DNA from: Podarcis erhardii
Lineage: Eukaryota
Length of the DNA stretch: 64,000 bases
Strand: one strand, 5' to 3'
Assembly (NCBI GenBank): GCA_964252035.1
Contig: OZ176211.1
Position numbers and translations under genes: made by a program. This document shows positions 12,590 through 23,670 of the stretch, in pieces. The stretch's first letter is position 1. Each line of letters begins with the position of its first letter. The notes under the pieces were generated by a model. It worked only from the letters and a program-made list of their open reading frames with translations, was not told the DNA's origin and searched no databases.

Positions 12590-14197
12590 ATAAACTTTAA
12601 ATTCCCAATCTTCTTCCACCGTCTCCTCTCCCTGGTCTCGGCCTCTGCCGTCCCTTCTGTCAACTCCAGACAGTCCATCAACCTGGAGATCTTATATCCG
12701 AGGCTCTTAACTCTTCTTCACGTCCCTTCTGCCGATCTTCTTCATAGTCTTTAGTGCTAAAAAGCAGATCTCGGGGGAGCTCCATCCCAACAATGCCTTT
12801 ATTCCTTCTTAACAGGACAGCCAGATTTCCATAGTTAAAGCTAGGATCCATAAAGCATTCCAAATCTTGTTTCAAAGTTCCTCCAAATCCAAAGGCCCAA
12901 AAGCTCCAATCTCCTCCTGACCCAAATCCATATTCCAAAAGTCAATTGATCCCTGCATTGAGGAATCTCTCCAACTTTCCTTTTCCAGACCAGGCCAGGC
13001 TCCAATCTTCAAGATCTGGCTTTTTCTAGTTTCAATCATAAAGGGCCTCAACTTGTAATCCTCAATTTGCATCTGTAAGGTTAAGGCTCCCCCTTGTATT
13101 ACTTTAGGTCGACCACAGCAACTTTCTCCTTCTCCTTTTCAACTATTTGTTCAGTTAAGGTAGATTCCTGTGCCGGATCCTGGACAACTTCTGTGTTGAT
13201 ACCCACTTTTGATCCCAAGATGTCAATTTTAGTAGCCATAGCATCTATCTGTTTATGAAGCTTTTCCAACAAATAGTTTGTCTTATAAAATGCAGACACT
13301 AAATCTTCCCTAACCGACATTCTTGGGATGTTCTGGTTTCTCACAGTCCTTATCTTACAGCTGGATACCTCCGCTCCACTCTTGTAACAGTTTCAAAAAC
13401 TCAGTCCTTTCCAACACAATTCCAAAGATGAAAAATAGTATCAATTTTCAGTTACTTTTTCTTCTTTTAAAACGCAGAAGCGGACAATGGAAACAGTATC
13501 TTTCTCTTATAGCTAGCTGTCAAATATGTACTGTTCACCGTCAATGGACTTTTTCCTTTTTTTTTTTCTTTCTTTTTTTTTTTTTTTGCAGCCCGTTCCC
13601 AGGTTCAGAGACGTGGTAATTTAGTTTTTCACTCTCTCCTGCAGGCACGCTTGGTCAAAATTTTCCCCCTCTTCCCCTGCTTCCAAGGGGGGTTTAATAG
13701 TTTCAATCCATGGAAGTTTGATCCTTTACATGAAGCTTTCCAAAACCTTAACTTACGACTACTTTGCTTCAGTCTATTTACAAAAAGGGGAGGTGGACTT
13801 CCTGTTTTGAGCCTTCCCCGTTCGATGCCGAATTAAGATATTTAGAAATCCAATTTTCCGTCCTACTCACGGGTTGTTGTTTAAAATCCAATTGTCTACA
13901 GGAAAAAGTCAGCGCTCTCCGACCGCAGCAATGCGGCTTCACTCTGTGAAAGAAGCGGTCGATTCAAAGCACCGCGCCGCTCACCCCACGTCGCTCCGGA
14001 TTCCCGATACCAGGTCTCCCCGTGAGTAGGGGGGCGCAAAAGGTGCCAGCCGAATCCCAAGTTCACAGGCTTCTTCCGCCTGTGATTTCCAAGGGTCTCC
14101 GCCTTCGCCGTGGCGGTTCAGACCCTGCTTTCCACGGAGCAAGTTCCTCCCGATCGGAGGAGCTCCGCCATTGCCGGAGGCGCTAACCCGGAAGTCG
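12590..14197 (-). mobile_element. L1-like internally deleted element: CpG-rich 5' UTR, broken ORF1-like stretch and ORF2 C-terminus-like end
   Basis: Minus strand starts gacttccgggttagcgcc...aatggcgg, resembling non-mammalian L1 5' ends. Coiled-coil-like ORF at 13344-13099. It ends with gagaccagggagaggagacggtggaagaagattgg, like squamate L1 ORF2 ends as I recall them. No EN or RT core seen. Confidence 0.55.
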
Positions 14198-14283
14198 CCT
14201 GAAGCAAAGTTCTTAACCCGAGGTACTATTTCTGGGTTAGCGGAGTCTGTAACCTGAAGCGTATGTAACCCGAGGTACCACTG
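14198..14283. mobile_element. Right half of a Tc1/mariner MITE, same family as 48931 and 59922
   Basis: cctgaagcaaagttcttaacccgaggtact...gtaacccgaggtaccactg matches the right half of the complete copies. The left half is absent. Confidence 0.85.
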
Positions 14284-14834
14284 TCATTCCAGGATGTGTA
14301 CAGAGTTTCAATTCAATTGAGCTTCTAACTAAGTGGGGGCTTAAAGTCATAGCCCATGAAAAATCTGCGCTAGATTTTTTCCCCTCCATGATATGGGGGG
14401 GGGGGCGGGTGGAGAGAAATAAAGTTGGTTGCAGTAGTAAATACCCTTAAGTTGCAAACACTAAACACTCTTATCTTTTACAATAATGTAAGGATCTAAT
14501 CACCACCCTCCTTCAACTGCATAAAGGCAGGGCCTTCATTCACCTTTTTGTCCATCTCTTCTTATTTACCACTCACAGAAAGCTGAAAAGGGAACAGAGA
14601 TGACTGGACTGTACTCATCAAGTCCAGAACAGCTGTGGAATAGAAAAGCACGTCCCCTTTCACACCTTGAGTTTGTGTCCTGTTATTTCATAGTAGGCAC
14701 TGGATGAGTCACAGAATTCATCAGCCTTTCTTTAACATAGAGCCAATGAGCAGGAGGCATATTAACCATTTTAGTAGTCTAGTCTCAAATAGCACCAGAG
14801 GGAGGAAAAGGTAATCAATAGTCAAAAGGGTAAT

Positions 14835-15020
14835 CAAAGTTTAACAACGTGAGTTCTGCTGGATCAGTCCAAAGACCCAACAATTCAAGTATCCTGCTCA
14901 CACAATGGTCAACCAGATGCGTAAGGCAAGCCCCACAGCAGGACATGAGCACAAGTCCACTCTCCCCACTCATGCTCCCAACAACTGGTATTCAGAAGTG
15001 GAATTCCTCAAATACTGGAA
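14835..15020 (+). mobile_element. Old CR1-type 3' end fragment; relatives at about 54060-54260 and 56480-56680
   Basis: ctgctggatcag...tggtcaaccagatg...caggacatgag...caactggtattcag pattern recurs in three diverged copies. Confidence 0.5.
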
Positions 15021-15250
15021 ACTGTACATTGTGACAAGTAACCACTGATGGATTAAAAATCCAAAAGGTTCTCAACAGCGATTATTTGATGAACAATGAA
15101 AGGAATTAAGAGTGGAGATGCATAAAATACAAAATTTAGGTGCTTTGGACGAGGCTGAGGCTGGAAATATATAGCCTTTGGGAAGGAATGCAAATGGTGA
15201 TTTGCCAGACCAGGAGAGGGAAATGCTACAGTTTGAGGTGGCAGATAATG

Positions 15251-15298
<48 letters not shown>

Positions 15299-15460
15299 TT
15301 ATTTATTATTTATACCCCGCCCATCTGGCTGGGTTTCCGCAGCCACTCTGGGCAGCTTCCAACAAAATTTTAAAATACAATAGTCTATTAAACATTAAAA
15401 GCTTCCCTAAACAGGGCTGCCTTCAGATGTCTTCTAAAAGTCTGGTAGTTGTGAAGATGA
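15251..15460 (-). mobile_element. L2-type LINE 3' end with (ATT)n tail
   Basis: Plus strand (AAT)n at 15251-15296, then tataccccgcccatctggctgggtttccgcagccactctgggcagcttccaaca. The same 3' end occurs in the opposite orientation at 36021-36124. Confidence 0.75.
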
Positions 15461-16241
15461 TCTCTGCGCCTGAAGGAGTGAAACAGCTAGGTGCTGGGGC
15501 CGTGATGCTGGGGGGGGGGGGGTACATCAGTGGAGAGACTGGGAAGTGTCCTGGGCTGGCAGAGATGGAGTTGAGAAGGAAAGGATTCTGCATGCAATTT
15601 GGACAGAGGTTAGAATAAAAAAACTACTAAGCCTCTTGCAATACTTTTGGAAGAAGAATGGAAACCACATTTTTAAAATAATAAGGACAAAAAACCATGG
15701 CCAACAGGAGATGGGACTGGAAGATATGGATTTGGATGTGAATTAATGAGTATGCAATAAACGAATTATGGATTATTGTCTTAAAACATAACCACAGCAA
15801 ATAAACTCTTGAGTAAATAAAGATGTTTCTTAATATTGGAAATAAAGTTATGATGTTGGACTGGAGGAAGACTATTGTTGACGTTTATGTATAATAAGAA
15901 TTGGAGAAACTCTTTTGGACTTCTTATCTTGACAGAAAATGAATGAACTGGGAGAACACTGCCTAGCAGACGCAGAAACATCTGGATATTACTCTGGATT
16001 GAATAGTTGACTATTCAGAAGAACTCACAGACAGATAGTGGGAAGTCCTTTTTACTCATTTCTTTTTCTTCCTTTCTTTGTCTTTCTTTTGCTTTTTACC
16101 CCTTTATTATTTCCTTTAATATTCTTATCTCTTTGTTTTCTTTCATCTTCCTTTTCCTTTCTGTTGTTTTTCTTTCTGTTCCGTTTCTGTTCCTGCCCTG
16201 GTCTGGCCTTTTGTATTTTCTGTGGTCCTCTACTCGGGGTT

Positions 16242-16590
16242 AAAGGTAAAGGTAAAGGACCCCTGACAGTTAAGTCCAGTCGCAAATGACTCTGGGGTTG
16301 CGGTGCTCATCTCGCTTTACTGGCCAAGGGAGCCGGCGTACAGCTTCCGGGTCATGTGGCCAGCATGACTAAGCCGCTTCTGGCGAACCAGAGCAGCGCA
16401 CGGAAACGCCGTTTACCTTCCCGCCGGAGCAGCATCTATTTATCTCCTTGCACTTTTGACGTGCTTTCGAACTGCTAGGTTGGCAGGAGCTGGGACCGAG
16501 CAACAGGAGCTCACCCCGTCACGGGGATTTGAACCACCGACCTTCCGATCGGCAAGCCCAAGGCTCAGTGGTTTAACCCACAGCACCACC
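16242..16590 (-). mobile_element. Sauria SINE copy 2
   Basis: Tail aaaggtaaaggtaaagg on the plus strand; 10-bp TSD actcggggtt at 16232-16241 and 16606-16615. Confidence 0.92.
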
Positions 16591-16755
16591 CTCATTAACT
16601 CCTTAACTCGGGGTTCAGGAGACGTTAACATATAGATGAAGGTGATGAGGGGCAGGGAAGAGAAGATCTCTCAAGGTGGGAGGATGGGGGAAGAAAGGGA
16701 AGCTTTCAGGTGAGAGCCGGGAGGGTTCACTTCTCTCGGTGTGGGACAAGATTCA

Positions 16756-16880
16756 GGTAGGTAGCCATGTTGGTCTGACGCAGTTGAAATAAATTAAAAA
16801 ATTGTCCAGTAGCACCTTGGAGACCAACTAAGTTTCTTCAGGGTATAAGCTTTCATGTGCAGGCATACTTCTTGCGAAAG
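16756..16880. mobile_element. Penelope-like element terminal fragment
   Basis: ggtagccatgttggtctg...ccagtagcaccttggagaccaactaag...agctttcatgtgc; same family as 52649-52778. Confidence 0.6.
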
Positions 16881-19815
16881 AAGACTTTGTATACTTTTTC
16901 TCTCTCTTCTTTGGTCTAGTCTGTTTTTTATTGTAATGTATTCTAAAAAGTCTTAATAAAATCGTTTTTTAAAAGGTTTTTTAAAAAACAATAAGATAGT
17001 TACGATTCTGATTAAGAATCTAAATGTGCTATGAGATTCCATCTATTAGTCAGTTGTTAGACTGTTAGTCACTGCTTATTCTGAGTGGGCTAATTAAGTC
17101 ACATCAAACGAGCTACAATGAATTCCCAGGAAAGTTAAAAACAGTCTTTCTCATCCATCTAAATACTGTTTACTCCTATCTGTGGTAACAGACTCACTTT
17201 GCAAGGCAGATTTCTCTGGTGTGGTCCCATTGAGCCAAAACATTCACAAAATACAGCACTGATGTAAGCTTTCAAGATACCAAAGAGGATCTCCTAGTAT
17301 TAAGGCATGTTGAATCTTTCAAATTCCAAAAATGAGGAGTGTTAAGTTGTAACATGACTTGGGAATTCAAAATATATTTTGGTTAAATTAGTATAATTCA
17401 GTTTTGCTTGGTAAGTGAAATGTGTGTTAAATTGCATATTAACTATTAAAAATGTTTACCAAGTACTTGCAGTTATATTATATTTTAGTATTATTTTTAT
17501 TATTTGTTTGTTATTTAGCATTACTTGACATTTTCAGAAGGTAAAATTCTTTGGTTTTCTGAAAGCAGTTTATGTGCTTCTTCTTCAAATGTAGACTTAC
17601 CAAGCAAAATGTTATCCAATCACATTTTTACCACAGTGGGAAGCTCGGTATTTACTGTAACTTATGCATTACCTTGAGCAGAAACAACAATTTTCAGGTG
17701 AAGTGGCTGAGGGGAAAGATCCATGTTTCACCTTTCCACCAATTTCAGAGAAACCAAAGGAGCCCATTAAACCTCAGATTAGCTCTACCACACCAACTTT
17801 TACAGGAGTTCATCCCACAAGTGGGAAACACCCAAGGGATTTAACATGTCCATGTGGTTGCAGGCCTTTAAATATTTACCCTAGCATTGTGGGATTAACC
17901 CGTAGAAAAAGCCGTCCATGACACCACTAGCATATCATTTAAAGGGAGTCAAAATCCAATCTGAGCAGGCACGAAAAAGAAGCTTATGGACAAGACTCAT
18001 GTGGATATATAATCCCTGCACATAAATAGTTACAACTGCAGATTACAGAAGGGGTGTCATAAAACCTTAGTAAGATTCCTGGCAACAATACGGAATTCAC
18101 TTCTACCGAGCCTTTCAGCCCTGTGCAATCCTCACCTTTTGAGCAGATATCAGATGTGAACACAATCCCACCTATTTTTTACATCCCTTTGGCAATAATT
18201 GTCCTTAAAATGCAACAGAGGTCAAGGGTGTGTGGAACTGGTGTTTTTTTTAATGCAGTCAAATTCTGAGTTTCTTGACAGATACAAACCACTGAAGAGA
18301 TGGAGAGATGGAGTGTGTGGGTTTTCTAATCATTTTAGTTTTCAGCATCCCTCTTACCAAATCTATAACTGGTTAAACAAGGGAGAATTTGAAAAGCAAT
18401 TCTGGAATGGGGTAGATGCTGACATGAAAACTGATCGTGAAAACACTTAGTACAGACAAAGATTTAGCACACAGACACCCCACAGGAACATACTCAAAAA
18501 TCATACTCAAAGCCCAGAGAATTATGGGATACAGTCCTACCTGGAAGACATTTAACAAGTATGGAAAATAATAGCTTACAGAAATGAAGTACTAGGCGAA
18601 CCCAAACATTTTATTGCTTCTGCATATGGTGTGGTCTTAAAATTTGGATGCCACGCCAAAACAATTTTAATTGTAATAATAAAAGGTACTTAGCTCTAAC
18701 CTGGTCCACCATAGCAAAGATGGGGGGTTGCTATGGACTTGTGCAGTACAGTCACCCACCACCCTTAACTATGCTGTTGAACATAAATGTGGATAAAAAG
18801 GTCAATATGGGTAAAAAAGAACCCAAAGGTTTTCAAACAACAATGACATAATAAAGGTTGTTCAGCCTTATTTTTAATCACACTCATGTTTTATTAATTA
18901 AAGGTAATTTTGGTTGTTATAGCAATCTTTCATGGTATTATGAGTCACAAAAATTATATGCAATGCACATCTGGGGATGAATGGGCTGACACACAGAGCT
19001 TATAATTAGGGATAAAGCATGTAATCTCCTAGGAAAAAGTTTTTGAAGAAGTTGAATTATAGCTTTAACTTTCAGTCTGAACGCATTTCCTGTGAGGAAG
19101 TCAGGCCAGAATTTTGATTCAGGGCTCCTATGTTTCAGTAACGTGGCTTTTTGAATGAGGGGAGTAGGAGGAACACTTCTGTATGCAAGTATGCAAATAA
19201 AGTTGTGATTTACTGGAATGTAACAGAAAGACCATACAAAAATAGAGCTATGCAGCATATTAAAAACAGAAGAAGAACGCTTGGGACTATTCACAACCAG
19301 GAGAATGATGGAAGTGGGAAATAAAATGAGGGAAAGGGGGCTGTGTTGAGCTCTATGGGGATCCCACCACTTACAAGCCCTGCCCTGCCCTACAGGAGCA
19401 GATGGTGCTCATAGGGGTGATTACCACCAGGCACACCTTCTATTCAGCCAGACTGTCATATCTTGTCAGGGTGTCCATCAACCTTTTCAGCGCTGCGTAG
19501 AAATGCTAGGGCAGTGGTTCTCAAAGGGTGTGGTGCGCTATCCTGGCGTGGCAGGAGAGGGTGGCAAGTGTGGCAGGAAGGTTCAAGGACCATCAATAGA
19601 ATGTTTTGGTAAGGATTCATGTTCTTATGTAGCTGCCTTGTTTTATACTTTCTGGGTGCCCAATGACCATATTGTATTATAAAGTAGTTGAGTTCTGTGT
19701 CATAAATCAAGCACTGCTAAGAGTTGTTTCCCTTTGTTTTCTTATCAATAAAAAAATTGGAAGTGATGCAAGCAGATTTTTATTTTGAAAGTGTGGCCTA
19801 GAGAAAAAAGTTTGA

Positions 19816-19866
19816 GAAGGAAGGAAGGAAGGAAGGAAGGAAGGAAGGAAGGAAGGAAGGAAGGAA
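19816..19866. repeat. (GGAA)n microsatellite
   Basis: Direct reading. Confidence 0.97.
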
Positions 19867-20088
19867 ATAACCTGCCAGCCATATTATGGTGTTCCCCAGT
19901 TCCCCAGTCTATGGTTGCAAGCAAAAAAATTTTATCATTGCATAATTATATAATTCATATACCCCTTTTTTTGGGGGGGGTGTCCAATGTAAGTTACAGA
20001 TTTTCACCAAAACAATACTTTTTAAAGTCTAGATTGCACATCATTATGCTCATTAGCAGTAATTGCATTTGTATCGAGAATCTAAATA

Positions 20089-20579
20089 CCATATTTTTTG
20101 CTCTATAGGATGCACCGGACCATAGGACACACCTTGTTTTAGAGGAGGAGAACAAGGAGAGAAAAAATCTCCCCCTCTCTGCTCAGCGCCCATTCAGCAA
20201 AGCGGCAGAAGAAACAAAGCCCCTTTCATTTCTTCTCCCGCTTATCTGAAGGGGCGCTGCGCAGCTCTCCCTCTCTGCTGAAGCCGGGAAAGTCTTGCTC
20301 TCCTGGCTTCAGCGAAAGGAACCTGAAGCCTGCGGAGCGCAGCAGGAACTCGCGCTGCGCTCCGCAGGCTCCAGGCGCACCGACCCCTCTCACTCTCCAG
20401 CTTCAGCGAAAGCAACACAAAGCCTCCGGAGCGCGGAGGGAGCGCTACCTATGCGCTTCGGAGTCTTCATGTTGCTATCGCTGAAGCCAAGGAGCCTGCA
20501 TTCGCTCCATAGGACGCACACACATTTCCCCTTAATTTTTGGTGGGGGAAAAGTGTGTCCTATAGAGCGAAAAATACGG
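20089..20579. mobile_element. Tc1/mariner (pogo/Tigger-like) MITE
   Basis: 22-bp TIRs ccatattttttgctctatagga / tcctatagagcgaaaaatacgg (2 mismatches); TA at 20087-20088 and 20580-20581; GC/CpG-rich interior. Confidence 0.88.
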
Positions 20580-21924
20580 TATGTGCCCCCAAAACTGAAA
20601 AGAACTCATGTTTTCAAAACAAAAGAAGGTTTGATTTGATTCTTGACTGTTGTTTCACCATGAAATCTCCAGCATTTCTTGCCAATCTGACTTCCCGTGT
20701 CTGGTTTCTAGATTCTCTTTTTAAAAAAAGGTTAGGTGGAGACATTACCACCTCAATTTCATTTCAGATTTCTAACATTCGATTATTGCAAGGTGTAACT
20801 ATGGTATACACCCCCCCCCCGCGAGACTTTATTACAAAGTTAAAATAATAATCCAGTAAGAAATATGAAATAAAAAGAAAATAGGGGGGTACTGTACTAC
20901 TGTGGAATATATATATATATGGAAGCAAACAATTCTGGCAGTTTCAGGAAAAGCCTCTGGTATTTGTAGCTCAAGAATGCTATATGTATTTTTAAATTTA
21001 TGTTATCAGAAGCCTCCATCTTAAATGCTGTGAAGACTCTATTTGCCATGGACTGATAAGTGAAGATGGGAGAATTTCAAAACTCATGTCAGGTAAGGAT
21101 GCTAGAGGTTGGGGGGAGGCAAAGCTGAGAAGATGAGGGGACAGTTAAGAAAATTCTGCTGGGAAATCACAGAACAGGTCACTACTTAAATAAGATTATA
21201 AATGCTCTCTCTATAGAACAAGGTATACTTGATCTATTATTTCCCCTAGGCAGGGCTTACTTTGGTATGTTTGTTTATATATGACATTGGGGCAAAAGGG
21301 TTATTATCAAGCACAGAACACAGACTATAGTGTTTTCTCCAAATTCCTATGCAATTTCATAATTTGATCTTGGTGTGTGTGTGATCCATATATATATCAC
21401 AAACATTAATGAGAATTTACAAAGAGGGACCATGCACATATATTGTGATCATAGCCCAATTCTTTATCAGGGCTTACTTGCAAAAATAGGTCTGATCCTG
21501 TGGCTATGAGAGACTCGTGGGGACACTGAGCTGCACCCAATACTTTGCACATGCAAAGACTGCCATTGAGGAAAACTCTTAAGAACTATCCTCTGCACGG
21601 GCAGAGATTCCTCACACTGAGGTCTTGGCAAAACAAAGACTCACAAAGCCCTCTGCAACTAAAACATGCAGTCTTTTCTAAATTTGCCCTCAGTGCACCC
21701 CACCCTCATCAGAAAAAATCTGCTTTGATTACTGGAAGCATCCAAGCCAGCTACACTAAATCCGACCCGACAATCATATGCCCAGAATGGAAGAGGGAAG
21801 TGGAGAGTTGAACTGTTCAAGCCGAGGGTGCAACACAGTGGGCCCTTTACAAGGTGATAATATTTTGCCCTTTTTAATTTGGGGGTGAGAGGGGGTCCAG
21901 GGCAGGGGTGAAGAATATGACGGA

Positions 21925-22090
21925 GGTATGTGATTTATGCATGATCTGGAGAAAGTAGGTACAGATTTGTTTTCCTCCCCCTCTCTCATAATACTAGAAC
22001 CCATAGCGATTCAACAAAGCTGAATATTGGAAGATTCATGACAGAAAAAATGAAGTACGGTGCATACATAGAACTATGGAAACTTTCTAC
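21925..22090 (+). mobile_element. CR1 ORF2 C-terminal fragment
   Basis: atgcatgatctggagaaagtagg...ctctctcataatactagaacc...aagctgaatattggaagattcatgacag, a typical CR1 end. Confidence 0.65.
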
Positions 22091-22728
22091 CGTAATATAT
22101 AGTAATGGCCAGCAATTTGAGTAGCCTTGAGATGAGCTCTGAGCTCGTTCTCATGGTACCTCAGTTGCATGAGATGAGAACAGCTCCAGCAGGGTGGCTC
22201 CTTCCTATACCTGAGCTAACTCAGGTGGGCACAGAGGGGGTTGCAAACATGGCTGCATCCTGTGCTAGGCTGGCCCTCCAGTGAACTGGAGTGATACTGG
22301 TGGACATAGAAGCCATCTTCTAGGGGCCGAAGTTCCTCCCCGCAATAAAATATTTGAGGGGGCCAAAGTTAATGGGCAAGTGCCATGTCAAGTGATTGAT
22401 TGTGGGGGGGGGGGTAGGGTTTACCTGCCCCGTAAGAGCGCAGGCATGTTTCCATGCAGGAGTGCCCCAGGGCACAACTAGCACGCTTTGGATGAAGTCA
22501 AAGGATGGAATCCTATCCCTACTTACCTGAGAACTTGCTGCTGCTTCTTTTTTAACTTATTTTTAATTAAAGATTTCTTGATTTACAAAAATATGTGCAA
22601 CTTTTTTCAATTTACATTTTCTACACAACAGAACTTGCTTCTGAATGCACATGCATAAGGTTTCACTGAGCCCCTTTTCATTTATGTTTCAACAGAATGT
22701 ATGGCCTCATAAATTCCATCCACATAAC

Positions 22729-23670
22729 CAGGGTGGATTTGATTTAAATCAAATAAATTTAAATCACGATTTTAATCACTCATCAGTAAGACTTGATTTA
22801 AATCCTTTTTTTACAGAAAGGTTCAACCTTGCTGGCATCCTCTTAATATTGACAACTGGAGGAAAGTTTCATTTTTGGAATATTTAACTTTAAAGTTATA
22901 TCAAAAATTACTGATTAGGTTATGCTATTAGAAATACATAGACAGATAATTATGAAATTATTGTGAGGTTTAATAAGTTAACTGTTTATATTTGGACAAC
23001 TTTTCTGCTGTACTTTATTGAAAGGAGAAAAATAATCATTTCCTTCACAGCAATTTAAACAATTTATTTAACTAAAACAATAACATTATAGCATATGCAT
23101 CCCTGTTTGTTAACTGATGTGCTTAAACATTTTTTTTAAAAAAAAACAAAAAACCCTTAAGACTTGAGCTTTGGCACACATGAAAAACTTTAAACAAATC
23201 CTTATTTCCTGATGAATGGCCTTTGGACTAGAACAGAGGTCGGCAACCTAAGGCCCATGAGCCATGGGGGTCGCTTAACCGGCCCATGGACTCCCGCCGC
23301 CTGCTTGGGGACGCACTAAACCGTGCGCCATGCCGTGCTAAACTGGTGTGGAGCAGAGCGGGGATCGCCTTCCGCGACACTGGCTGGCTTCCCATTGGCT
23401 GCAGGAAGCTCCTGCAGCCAATGGGAAGCTGCGCACACCTCCTCCGCGCCGGAAATAGGGTTTGCCGGACTGTGAACAAGCCCAAGCCACAAAATCTTTG
23501 CCAACCCCTGGACTAGAATGTAACTTAAAGAGAAAATCTTTAGAAATATTTTTCCTCCAAAAGCATTTCATTTTAAATCCAGTTTAAATTTAAAAAATCT
23601 GATTTAAATAAAAAAATCCAATTTTAAATTTTAAATTTTTTTAAAAAAACATTCATTTTTATCTACCCTG
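22729..23670. mobile_element. AT-rich non-autonomous hAT element, copy A, with a nested MITE
   Basis: Ends cagggtggat / atctaccctg; perfect 8-bp TSD cacataac (22721-22728, 23671-23678); near-colinear with 31310-31943. Confidence 0.92.
23234..23510. mobile_element. hAT MITE nested in copy A
   Basis: Ends cagaggtcggcaa / ttgccaacccctg; perfect 8-bp TSD gactagaa (23226-23233, 23511-23518). Confidence 0.92.

Larger units (their letters stand above)
15030..16990 (+). mobile_element. Possible second, older L1-like derivative carrying nested L2, Sauria SINE and Penelope-like pieces
   Basis: SWAGRDGVEKERI (15546 ORF) resembles AWPGLEKESW of the 12590-14197 element. A T-rich 3' UTR-like segment and an aataaaa tail lie near 16960. 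Boundaries are uncertain. Confidence 0.3.

Noticed and set aside
15178-15618. Poly-Asn and poly-Ile ORFs, and similar ORFs at 19785 and 32278
   Set aside because: Translations of microsatellites and LINE tails.
19512-19720. Possible hAT MITE beginning cagtggttctcaa
   Set aside because: The right end is poorly matched and no TSD is visible.
21925-22090. CR1 piece as the displaced continuation of the 10560-12585 CR1
   Set aside because: The two pieces overlap in element coordinates and are 9 kb apart, so independent copies are simpler.
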